Origin: Thermoanaerobaculia bacterium
Lineage (GTDB): Bacteria > Acidobacteriota > Thermoanaerobaculia > Multivoradales > Multivoraceae
Length of the DNA: 31,282 nt
NCBI GenBank assembly: GCA_036257295.1
Contig: DATAFT010000484.1
Coordinates: 1-31,282, forward strand
Direction of reading: 5' to 3'
Positions 7,743 to 16,087 of this stretch are shown one piece after another (the first letter of the stretch is position 1; the number at the start of each line of letters is the position of its first letter). The notes beneath the pieces are model-generated. The model saw only the letters and a list, made by a program, of their open reading frames with translations, was not told the DNA's origin and made no database searches. The position numbers were made by a program, and so were the translations under genes.

Positions 7743-8977
7743 GATCGGCCGGCGCCACCCACCGTCGCGTCATGGTCACAGGGCTCGGGGCTGTCAGCGC
7801 CGCCGGTTGGGGGGTGGCGCCGCTGCGGCGAGCCCTCTGCTCCGGCCGCACCTTGATCGGCCCCTTCGATCGCCTCGATCACGCCCGCCAACGGACCCAC
7901 GTGGCGGGGCAGGTTCCATCCGGTCCCACAGCGGGCGGCGATGACCTGTCGACCCGTGACCTCTCCATTGCCGACCGGTTCGCGATCTTCGCCGCGATGG
8001 AAGCGGTCGCCGACGCGGAGCTCGCGCTTCCCCTCGACGGCGCTCGCGTAGGCGTCTTCTTCGGCAGCACCACCGGCGGCCTCTACGAAACCGAGAGGTA
8101 CCTCGAAGCGATCGTGCGGCGACCGGACAGTCGGCCGCCGCGCTCGCTTCTCGTCTCGCACTCGCTCGGCGCTCCGGCGGAAGCGGTGGCGAGGCATCTC
8201 GGCATCGAAGGGCCGGTCGAGACCGTGTCGTCCGCTTGCTGCTCCGGAGGGCTCGCCATCGAGCAGGCGCTGCGCGCGGTGCGCAGCGGCGAGGTCGACG
8301 TCGCGCTCGCCGGCGGCGCCGACGTGCTCTGTCTCACCACCTACTCCGGATTCAACGCGCTGCGAGCGGTGGCGGACGGGCCCTGCCGGCCGTTCCGCGC
8401 CGATCGGTCCGGAATGTCGCTGGGCGAGGGTGGCGCCACTCTGGTGCTCGAGTCTCTCGACCATCTGCGCTCGAGAGCGGGACGAGCGCTGGCGGAGCTC
8501 CTGGGCGCTGGCTCGTCGTGCGACGCCAGTCACATGACCGCACCGCATGCCGGCGGGCTGGGGGCGGCGCAGGCGATCGAGCGATCGCTCGAGGACTCGG
8601 GCATCGGTCCCGGAGACGTCGACCTCATCAACGCGCATGCCACCGGGACTCCACTGAACGACGCCGCCGAGTCCGCCGCGTTCGCGCGCGTGTTCGGAGA
8701 CCGCGCCAGCGCCATTCCGGTCGAAGCGACCAAGGGCATGCTCGGACACCTGCTCGGCACCGCCGGCGCCATCGAAGCGGTCTCGGCGGTGATCGGTCTG
8801 CTCGAGAAACAGGTTCATCCCACGTCCGGTGGCGACGGCGTCGATCCCGCGCTGTCGGTCCGGTTGGTGCACGACGCGCCGCTCCCGATGCCGGAGCTGC
8901 GCACGGTGCTGTCGGTGAGCCTGGGATTCGGCGGCGCCAACGCCGCGGTCGTCCTACGGGAGACCGAAGGACCATGA
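7715..8977 (+). CDS. fabF: Beta-ketoacyl-ACP synthase (FabF-like, catalytically intact)
   Basis: VMVTGLG, SSACCSGG (catalytic Cys), NAHATGT and KGMLGH (His-His), SLGFGGANA. Confidence 0.9.
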   Translation: MAGSPRPNRGSAGATHRRVMVTGLGAVSAAGWGVAPLRRALCSGRTLIGPFDRLDHARQRTHVAGQVPSGPTAGGDDLSTRDLSIADRFAIFAAMEAVADAELALPLDGARVGVFFGSTTGGLYETERYLEAIVRRPDSRPPRSLLVSHSLGAPAEAVARHLGIEGPVETVSSACCSGGLAIEQALRAVRSGEVDVALAGGADVLCLTTYSGFNALRAVADGPCRPFRADRSGMSLGEGGATLVLESLDHLRSRAGRALAELLGAGSSCDASHMTAPHAGGLGAAQAIERSLEDSGIGPGDVDLINAHATGTPLNDAAESAAFARVFGDRASAIPVEATKGMLGHLLGTAGAIEAVSAVIGLLEKQVHPTSGGDGVDPALSVRLVHDAPLPMPELRTVLSVSLGFGGANAAVVLRETEGP

Positions 8978-10200
8978 GCCCGGCCACCGCCGCCGTCGTC
9001 GTCACCGGCATCGGCGCCGTGGTCGGTCTGTGCTCGGGCATACGACCGCTGTCGGATGCGCTGCGGGCGGGCGTCCTGCCCAGAACGGAAGTGGATCGCA
9101 GTGCCGGCTACCACCTGCCGGAGTCGGCGCGGGTCGCGGTGCTCACCGACGGCCTCGATCTGTCGTCGTGGGTGACGCCGGCCGCGGGTCGCCGCATGAG
9201 CCCTCCGTCGAAGCTCGGCGTGGCGGCGGCGCGCATGGCGCTCGAGGACGCGGGGTCGCCGCCGGCGCAGGACGGCACCGCCACCGCAGTCGTGATGTCG
9301 ATGGCGTTTCCCGCGGTGGAGGCCACCGAGGGACTGCTGCGGACCGTGTTCGAGCAGGGTCCCGAGTCGGCGTCGCCATTTCTCTTCACCGAGAGCGTGG
9401 CCAACGCGCCGGCCGCGCAGATCGCGATCGCCGTGCAGGCAAAGGGACCGAACCTCACCATCGTCCAGGGCGAAGCAGGAGCCCTCACCGCGATCGGTCG
9501 CGGCATGGCCGAGGTCGCCGCCGGCCGCGCCGATCGCGCTCTGGTCGGCAGCATCCAGGACATGCCGCCGCTGCTCCACGCGCTGCTCGATCGGTTCGGC
9601 GCGCTGGCGCGACCGGAGAGCTCCGGCCGTGAGGTGGCGCGACCGTTCGATCGCCGGCGCGCGGGCTTCGTCGCCGCCGAGGGCGCCGTGGTCCTGGTGC
9701 TCGAGCCGGAGGATCGCGCGCGCGAACGAGGAGCGACGATGCGCGCCCGCATCCGAGGGTTCGGCGGCGCGTTCGATGCCAGCGCTCCCCGCGTCGGTTG
9801 GGGCAGCGGCCACCAGGGCCTCGGTCGCGGACTCGCGCGCATGCTCTCGCGCGCCGCGGTCGAGCCGACGCGGATCGGCCGCATCGTCTCGGGAGCATCG
9901 GGATCGATCGGCGGCGACCGGCTCGAAGCGCGCACGCTGCGCCAGGTCTGGAGGGAGACCAGCCCGCCACCGATCCTGGCGCCGAAAGGAATCGTCGGCG
10001 AGTACGGCGGCGGATTCCTGGCCGCAGCGCTGCTCGCGGCCACTGGCGACCACTTCGCCGCCGGCGAAGAGTTGGAGCCGGATCCGGAGCTCGATCTGAC
10101 GCCACACTCGGGCGGCCCACTGCCAGCGGCCGAGCTCACGCTGGTGACCAGTCTCGCCTCCGGCGGCGCGGCCTCGTGGCTGCTGCTGGAGAGACTGTGA
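8974..10200 (+). CDS. Ketosynthase-like chain-length-factor partner lacking the catalytic Cys
   Basis: ATGA overlap with the KS; VVVTGIG, FTESVANAPA, RPFDRRRAGF and AEGAVVLVLE KS-fold motifs; TIVQGEAGA where SAC is expected; no His-His pair. Confidence 0.82.
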   Translation: MSPATAAVVVTGIGAVVGLCSGIRPLSDALRAGVLPRTEVDRSAGYHLPESARVAVLTDGLDLSSWVTPAAGRRMSPPSKLGVAAARMALEDAGSPPAQDGTATAVVMSMAFPAVEATEGLLRTVFEQGPESASPFLFTESVANAPAAQIAIAVQAKGPNLTIVQGEAGALTAIGRGMAEVAAGRADRALVGSIQDMPPLLHALLDRFGALARPESSGREVARPFDRRRAGFVAAEGAVVLVLEPEDRARERGATMRARIRGFGGAFDASAPRVGWGSGHQGLGRGLARMLSRAAVEPTRIGRIVSGASGSIGGDRLEARTLRQVWRETSPPPILAPKGIVGEYGGGFLAAALLAATGDHFAAGEELEPDPELDLTPHSGGPLPAAELTLVTSLASGGAASWLLLERL

Positions 10201-10871
10201 TGCGGCTCGCGGTCGCGATTCCGGCGTACGAGGCGGCTCCCTTCGTGGGGTCGGTGGTCGAGCGCACCATGGCGGTCATCCGCGACGTGCTGGTGGTCGA
10301 CGACGGGTCGCGCGACGGGACCGCGAGCGCCGCGCGCGCGACCGGAGCCGAGGTTCACGTGCTGCCGAACAACCTCGGCAAGGGAGCGGCACTGCGCACC
10401 GCGTTCGACATCCTGTTCTCGAACGGCTTCACCGGCGTGGTCACGCTCGACGCCGACGGCCAGCACCTGCCCGAGGAGATTCCCCGACTGCTCGAGGCCG
10501 CGGGCCACGCCGATCTGGTGCTGGGCACCCGGGATCATCTGTTCGATCAGATGAGCACGCTGCGTCGATGCAGCAATCGCTTGTCGTCGCGCGCGATCTC
10601 GTGGGCGGCGGGCCAGCCGGTCACCGACGTCCAGACCGGATTTCGCTTCTACGCGCGCGAGCTGATCGAACGCACCGGCTTTGCCGGGCAGCGCTTCGAG
10701 GCCGAGAGCGCGGTGGTGGTGCGCGCCGTGCGACTGGGAATGCGAGTCGCCACCACACCAGTCCGACTCGGTTGCGCCGACGGCAGAGCGACCAGCCACT
10801 ACCGCCCGCTGACCGACAGTCTCCGCATCGGCGCGGCGGTGGTGCGCTCGCGATTCGAGCGTCCGTCATGA
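10200..10871 (+). CDS. Glycosyltransferase family 2 (DPM1/ArnC-like, 223 aa)
   Basis: IPAYE, VVDDGSRDGT, NLGKGAA, TLDADGQH, DVQTGFR, RFEAE. Confidence 0.9.
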   Translation: MRLAVAIPAYEAAPFVGSVVERTMAVIRDVLVVDDGSRDGTASAARATGAEVHVLPNNLGKGAALRTAFDILFSNGFTGVVTLDADGQHLPEEIPRLLEAAGHADLVLGTRDHLFDQMSTLRRCSNRLSSRAISWAAGQPVTDVQTGFRFYARELIERTGFAGQRFEAESAVVVRAVRLGMRVATTPVRLGCADGRATSHYRPLTDSLRIGAAVVRSRFERPS

Positions 10872-11593
10872 CGGGCACCGTGCTCGTGACCGGCGGCAGC
10901 CGCGGCATCGGGCGCGCGGTGGTCGAGGCGCTGGTCGGCGAGGGCGCTACCGTCGCGTTCACCTTCCGCAGCGACGAGAGCGCGGCGAAGGCGGTGGAGT
11001 CGGCGGCCGCGGGGCGAGCCCGCGCCTTCGCGCTCGACCTGCTCGATCACGACGCGCCCGGCCGACTGGTGCGCGAGATCGAGAAGTCGGTCGGACCTCT
11101 CGACGGGCTCGTCAACAACGGGGGCATCCGCCGCGAGTCGATTCTCGCCATGACGCCCGATCGCGACTGGGAGGAACTGCTCGACGTCAACACCGGCGGC
11201 GCCTTCCGCTGCTGTCGCGCCGTGCTCCCGGGCATGATCCGACGCCGGCGCGGCGCCATCGTCAATGTCTCGTCGCTCGCCGCGGTCGAAGGTGTCGCCG
11301 GGCAGACCGCGTACGCGGCTTCCAAGGCAGCGCTGCTCGGCCTCACCCGCGCGCTGGCACGGGAGGTCGGTCCTCGCGGCGTTCGGGTGAATGCCGTCCT
11401 GCCCGGCTTCGTGGCGACCGACATGACGGCGACGCTACCCGCGGACGTCGTGCGCGCGCTGCGATCCCACGAGTGTCTTCCCAACGGCATCTCCGCCGCG
11501 GACGTCGCGCAGGCGGTGACCTTCCTGTTGTCGGAGCGCGCCGCCGCGATCACGGGTCAATCGATCCTGGTTGACGCCGGCACCTCGGCCTGA
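10868..11593 (+). CDS. fabG: 3-oxoacyl-ACP reductase (SDR)
   Basis: TGGSRGIG, VNNGGI, YAASK, VNAVLPGFVATDM; ATGA overlap with the GT2 gene. Confidence 0.9.
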   Translation: MTGTVLVTGGSRGIGRAVVEALVGEGATVAFTFRSDESAAKAVESAAAGRARAFALDLLDHDAPGRLVREIEKSVGPLDGLVNNGGIRRESILAMTPDRDWEELLDVNTGGAFRCCRAVLPGMIRRRRGAIVNVSSLAAVEGVAGQTAYAASKAALLGLTRALAREVGPRGVRVNAVLPGFVATDMTATLPADVVRALRSHECLPNGISAADVAQAVTFLLSERAAAITGQSILVDAGTSA

Positions 11594-12552
11594 TGGTGAC
11601 TGCCAACGGCGCAGCGCCTCCGCCAGCAGCGCCGCCACAAGCACCGGCACTGGGCGCTTCGTACCGTCTGCTCGGCCGGTTCCATGTCGCCGGCGTCTTC
11701 TGGTACCGATTTCCCTACTGGGGCTTCGGCCGGCTTCCCGAGTGGACGGACCGGGTCACCGTCCCGTTCTTCACCGCCGTGTTCTGGATCGCTCTCCGTC
11801 GCATCCGCGGCGCGATCGCTGCGAACCTCGAGGCGGTCCTCGGTCCCGCCAGCCTGCCGGCGCGGTGGCGGCGCGCGCTGCGCACCATGGACTCGTTCGG
11901 CTGGTGTCTGGCGGAGCGCTATCGCTACCTGGCGACACCCGAGCGGTTCCACGCCGCGATCGAAGGCGAGGAGAACTGGCGCAACGCCTTCGACGGCGGC
12001 CGCGGCGCGGTGGTCGTCACCGCGCACATCGGGCCGTGGGAGAACGCGGTGCGGTTCGGAGCTTCCGACGCCAAGCGACGGATCCACGTCGTGCGCGAGA
12101 AGGAGCTCGATCCACGCGCTCAAGAGTTCGTGAGCGAGCTGGTGTCGCGCTCCGGCGCCGGCTACACGACCCACTTCGCCGACGACGACCCGACGCTGGG
12201 CTTGGAGCTGGTGAAGGCGCTGCGCGCTGGAGACATCGTAGCGCTGCAGGGGGACCGGCCCCGGACCGGCGGGCAGTCGCACCAGGTCGAGGTCTTCGGC
12301 CGTCCGATGCAATTCCCGATCGGTCCGGCCGCGCTCGCCCGCGCGGCCGAGGTTCCGATCGTCCCGGTCTTCAACTTCCGCGAGGGACGATTCCGGCTGC
12401 GATCGGTGGCGCGCCCGGTCATCCACGTCGACCGCACCGCCGATCGCGATCGTGACCTCGCGTCCGCCGTCGAGCGGCTCGCGGCGGACATCGAGTGGGC
12501 GATCCGCCGTTCACCTCACCAGTGGTTCTGCTTTCGGCGACTATGGAGGTAG
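11593..12552 (+). CDS. LpxL/HtrB-type lysophospholipid acyltransferase
   Basis: VVVTAHIGPWE, VALQGDR, VEVFG..FP.GPA.LA..AEVPIVPVF, and the C-terminal P.QWF motif. Confidence 0.82.
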   Translation: MVTANGAAPPPAAPPQAPALGASYRLLGRFHVAGVFWYRFPYWGFGRLPEWTDRVTVPFFTAVFWIALRRIRGAIAANLEAVLGPASLPARWRRALRTMDSFGWCLAERYRYLATPERFHAAIEGEENWRNAFDGGRGAVVVTAHIGPWENAVRFGASDAKRRIHVVREKELDPRAQEFVSELVSRSGAGYTTHFADDDPTLGLELVKALRAGDIVALQGDRPRTGGQSHQVEVFGRPMQFPIGPAALARAAEVPIVPVFNFREGRFRLRSVARPVIHVDRTADRDRDLASAVERLAADIEWAIRRSPHQWFCFRRLWR

Positions 12553-13281
12553 CGCTCCGCGGGCGGTCGCATTTTCGAGGTCGAACAGGGCCGCGGGAAC
12601 CTTCTCTTCCTCGAGCTCGAGGACGGTGACCTCGCTCGCGGCGCCCTTCCTCAACAGGTCGCGCAGCGTCACCCGTCGCGCGTAGGCGGGGCCGCGCTCG
12701 GTCCAATCGAAGAACTCGATCGCGATCGCTTCGCGGCCGCTGCGCAACCGGTAGAGCGCGCTGACCGGGCGCTTCGCCGCCTCGCGCACGATGTACCGCG
12801 CGCTCGGAAAGAGCGTCGCGGGTGAGCGCGCGCGCAACTCGAAGACGGCCAGACCGCCGCCGGCATCGCTCTCTCGTCGCGCGCTCTCGATCGTGTACGC
12901 GCGCTCCAGCGGAACACTGAAGATCTGCTCCAGCGTCACGCCGCCGTAGAGCCGGTAGGACGTCTTCAAGCGCACCGGCTTCCTGGCCCCCGGCGCGATC
13001 AGCCACTGCTCCCCTTCGTGCTGGACCACGAACTTGCCGCGCTCCTTGGCGTCGAGGAAGCGCACCAGCATCGAGTCTCCGGAACGCCAGACCTCGATCT
13101 CGTGCGGTCCTTTCGCCGGCTGACCCTCGACCGCGAGACGGGCACGAAAGGCCGGCGGCGCCAGCACACCGGCGTCGCTGCGGCGGAGGAGATCCTCGGC
13201 CTCGCCGGCCGGCAGCACGCCGGTCGCGAGCACGAGCGCCGGCGCGATCAGGATGGTCTTGATGGCTCGAGCGACGCTCAT
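12541..13281 (-). CDS. LolA-like outer-membrane lipoprotein-sorting family protein
   Basis: Signal peptide, LVRFLDAKERGKFV..W...PGARKPVRL pattern and a beta-rich C-terminus; lies beside LolE/LolD-like genes. Confidence 0.65.
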   Translation of the reverse strand: MSVARAIKTILIAPALVLATGVLPAGEAEDLLRRSDAGVLAPPAFRARLAVEGQPAKGPHEIEVWRSGDSMLVRFLDAKERGKFVVQHEGEQWLIAPGARKPVRLKTSYRLYGGVTLEQIFSVPLERAYTIESARRESDAGGGLAVFELRARSPATLFPSARYIVREAAKRPVSALYRLRSGREAIAIEFFDWTERGPAYARRVTLRDLLRKGAASEVTVLELEEEKVPAALFDLENATARGALPP

Positions 13282-13293
13282 CGATCGGCGACG

Positions 13294-14541
13294 CTAGACG
13301 TGACCGAGCGCTTCCACGATCCGTACTCGAAAGACCTTCCACATCGGCGCCACCGCGGCCAGCACCAGGATCAGCGTCATGAACGCTGCGATCCACGCCA
13401 GGTCCGTGGGAATCACCATCAGCGACAGCTCGATGGGGTCGACCGCGGCGGGCGGCGGCGGCATCTCGATTCCGAGCTGGTTGATGATCACGACCAGCGC
13501 GATCCCCACCGCGCTGCCAGCGACCACGCCCAGCGCGGCGAGCCACAGCGCCTCGAACAGCAGGAGCCGCGCCAACTGAGAGCGGCTGGTGCCGATTGCG
13601 AGCAGCGTGCCGAGCTCGCGGATCCGCTCGAGCACCGACATCAACAGCGTGTTCGCGCTCGACAGCGCCACCAGCGCGGCGACGACGATCCCCAGGAAAA
13701 CGAAGATGCCGGTGTAGAGCGCCCGCACCTGGCCGTAGAACGGCGCCCTCGCCTTCCAGTCCCTGACGTCCAGCGGTTGGGAGCTCTGGTGCCGGACGTC
13801 TTCGAGGTCGGACACCGCCGCGGCGGTGAACGCGGTGTCGTCGAGCCGCACGACGAGCGAGGTGACGGCGTCGGTGCTCAGCGCGCGCTGCGCCGTCATC
13901 AGGTGGGTCTTGAGGATGCGATTGTCCATCTCCTCGAACCCGGTGGTGAAGACGCCGTCGACCGTGACGTCGAGCGCATTGAGCGAGCCGTCGGCGGTCG
14001 CGACCAGGAGCGTGACGACGTCGCCCGGCTCGGCGGCGAGGGCGCGCGCGAGGCCGACGCCGAGCAGGGCCCGGTCGTCGCCTTCGGCGGGAGGGGTTGC
14101 AGCGAGGTTGCTGCCGCGGCGGACGCGGACCTTCATCCCCATCAGCGGCTCGCGCTCGGTCTCGACCGCGACGCCGAGGAACGCCGCCGACCGATCCCCG
14201 TTGGTGACCACGCCGGCGAACTGGATGGTCGCTCCGGCGGCGCGCACGTGCGGTCGGTTCTCGACGGCGGAGCGGATCTCTTGCCAGTCGACCAACGAAG
14301 GCGGGGCGCCACCGCCGGCGATGGCGCCTTCGCCGTCATCGTCGTCGTCGCCGAGGACCGGAGCGATCTCGAAGTGACCGACGCCGCCTTCGATGATGGC
14401 CTCGCCGAGACCGACGAAGGACTGTCGCACGAAGCCAATCACCAGCAGCATGCTGGCAGCGCCCATGCCGACGATCAACAGGGACAGCAACGTCCGTCGT
14501 CGGTTGCGGGCGAGGTTGCGCAGCGCGATGGAGGCGAGCAT
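13294..14541 (-). CDS. ABC transporter permease, FtsX/LolE (MacB) family
   Basis: ALRNLARNRRRTLL, MSVLERIRELGTLLAIG..R, 4 TM segments with a large periplasmic loop, IVEALGHV end. Confidence 0.88.
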   Translation of the reverse strand: MLASIALRNLARNRRRTLLSLLIVGMGAASMLLVIGFVRQSFVGLGEAIIEGGVGHFEIAPVLGDDDDDGEGAIAGGGAPPSLVDWQEIRSAVENRPHVRAAGATIQFAGVVTNGDRSAAFLGVAVETEREPLMGMKVRVRRGSNLAATPPAEGDDRALLGVGLARALAAEPGDVVTLLVATADGSLNALDVTVDGVFTTGFEEMDNRILKTHLMTAQRALSTDAVTSLVVRLDDTAFTAAAVSDLEDVRHQSSQPLDVRDWKARAPFYGQVRALYTGIFVFLGIVVAALVALSSANTLLMSVLERIRELGTLLAIGTSRSQLARLLLFEALWLAALGVVAGSAVGIALVVIINQLGIEMPPPPAAVDPIELSLMVIPTDLAWIAAFMTLILVLAAVAPMWKVFRVRIVEALGHV

Positions 14542-14544
14542 CGT

Positions 14545-15246
14545 CTACCGCCGGGCGAGATCGTCGACGATGCGACCATCGACCAGGTGCACGACGCGCG
14601 GCGCGTGAGCGACCAGCGCCGAGTCGTGCGTGGCGAACACGAAGGTGGCGCCGCGCGTCGCGTTGAGCTCGAGGAGGAGGTGGAGCATCTCACCGGACGT
14701 GCGCGAGTCGAGGCTCGCGGTCGGCTCGTCGGCCAGGATCACCCGAGGCTCCTGCACCAGGGCTCGTGCCAGCGCCACTCGCTGGCGCTCGCCGCCCGAG
14801 AGGTGATCGGGGCGGTGGCTCATCCGCTCCGCCAGACCGACCGCTTCGAGCGCGGCCACGACGCGCTGCCGCCGCTCGTCCTTCGCCACTCCACCCAGCC
14901 ACAGCCCGTATTCGACGTTCTCGTAGGCCGACAGCACCGGCACCAGATTGAAGGCCTGGAACACGAAGCCGATCTGGCGGCGGCGCAGCTCGGTCCGTTC
15001 GGACTCGGTGCGCGCGGCGAGATCGGTTCCGGCGAACAGGACCTCTCCCTGGTCGGGCTGATCGAGGCCCCCGAGCAGGTGCAGCAGCGTGCTCTTGCCG
15101 CTTCCCGAGATTCCGGCGATCACGACGAACTCGCGGGCTCCGATCGCGAGATCGACGCCCGACAATGCCTCCACCACCACCTTGCCCTGCCGGTAGCTCT
15201 TGCGCAGACGGCGCGCTTCGAGGAGCGGCGGGTCGGCCACCGTCAT
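14545..15246 (-). CDS. ABC transporter ATP-binding protein, LolD/MacB family
   Basis: GISGSGKST Walker A, FVFQAFNL, LSGGERQRVALARAL, ILADEPTASLD, FATHD. Confidence 0.92.
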   Translation of the reverse strand: MTVADPPLLEARRLRKSYRQGKVVVEALSGVDLAIGAREFVVIAGISGSGKSTLLHLLGGLDQPDQGEVLFAGTDLAARTESERTELRRRQIGFVFQAFNLVPVLSAYENVEYGLWLGGVAKDERRQRVVAALEAVGLAERMSHRPDHLSGGERQRVALARALVQEPRVILADEPTASLDSRTSGEMLHLLLELNATRGATFVFATHDSALVAHAPRVVHLVDGRIVDDLARR

Positions 15247-15683
15247 GACGACCCGCGGTGAGTAGCGATCCGCGCACAAACCAGGTCGACCTCGGCGGTG
15301 CCGACGGTGATGCGATGGATGGCGAGCGGGAGCGCGGCGCCCTCGAGGCGAGCGGTGACTCGAAGCGTGGTGTCGACGGGCAGATGCCGAGCCAGGAACG
15401 AGGCCTCGCGAACGCGGACGAGGTAACCCACGCCCGGTTCGCGGTCGGACGCTTCGCGCGAGCGGCTCAACGCCTCCATCGCGGCGGCGGCTTGCGCGCC
15501 GAGCTCGAGGCCGAGAAAGCACGGCGCGGCGCCGGCCACGACCAGAGGGTGTCCCAAGGGAACTCGCGCCGTCGCCTCCACCCATCCCGGCTCGCTGCGA
15601 ACGATGCCGGTGAGAAGCAGCGCGGGGCCGCGGAGCGGCATCGACGCCAGGAGGTCGCGCCAGAGCTCAGGGACGGCCGACAT
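15243..15683 (-). CDS. Hot-dog-fold 3-hydroxyacyl-ACP dehydratase subunit (ApeP-like)
   Basis: LGLELGAQAAAA and GVGYLVRVREASF patterns; ATGA overlap with the ATPase gene. Confidence 0.68.
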   Translation of the reverse strand: MSAVPELWRDLLASMPLRGPALLLTGIVRSEPGWVEATARVPLGHPLVVAGAAPCFLGLELGAQAAAAMEALSRSREASDREPGVGYLVRVREASFLARHLPVDTTLRVTARLEGAALPLAIHRITVGTAEVDLVCARIATHRGSS

Positions 15684-16062
15684 CGGTTGGCGGCTCGAAG
15701 AGCAGGAGGCCGCGGCTCGCGACCTCGCCGCGGCACCGGACCTCGAATCGGACCGAGCACGGCTCCGCGCCGTCGTCGAGCACGACCTCCACCTCGTCGC
15801 CGGGACCGAGCGGTCGCTGGAAACGGAGATCGCGCGCCGCGGTGAGAGCAAGGTCCCGTCGCGACCGGCGAGCGCACGCGCTCGCGACCATCGCCAGGTG
15901 TCCCACTCCGGGAAGGATCGGCAGTCCGGCGAAGTGACCGTCGAAGCAGCGGCTCTCGGGGCTCACTCGGAAGCGGAAGACGCGGTCGTCATCCGAAGGA
16001 TGCGCCGCCATCGGAAGAAGACCGGCCGACGCCAACGCGGCCGGGTCCCCCGAACGCATCAC
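15667..16062 (-). CDS. Hot-dog-fold dehydratase (FabA/FabZ, ApeI-like)
   Basis: FDGHFAGLPILPGV catalytic-His motif and LRFQRPLGPGD. Confidence 0.82.
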   Translation of the reverse strand: MMRSGDPAALASAGLLPMAAHPSDDDRVFRFRVSPESRCFDGHFAGLPILPGVGHLAMVASACARRSRRDLALTAARDLRFQRPLGPGDEVEVVLDDGAEPCSVRFEVRCRGEVASRGLLLFEPPTDVGRP

Positions 16063-16087
16063 GGCACCGGCGAGCGCACCGCTGTGC

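Noticed and set aside
14330-14352. Poly-Asp (GDDDDDGEG) trinucleotide run in the permease
   Set aside because: Short in-frame low-complexity loop with no evidence of function or phase variation.
13018-15261. 747-aa plus-strand ORF
   Set aside because: Antisense shadow of the permease/ATPase genes. High-GC codon bias suppresses stops on the opposite strand, and it has no recognisable motifs.
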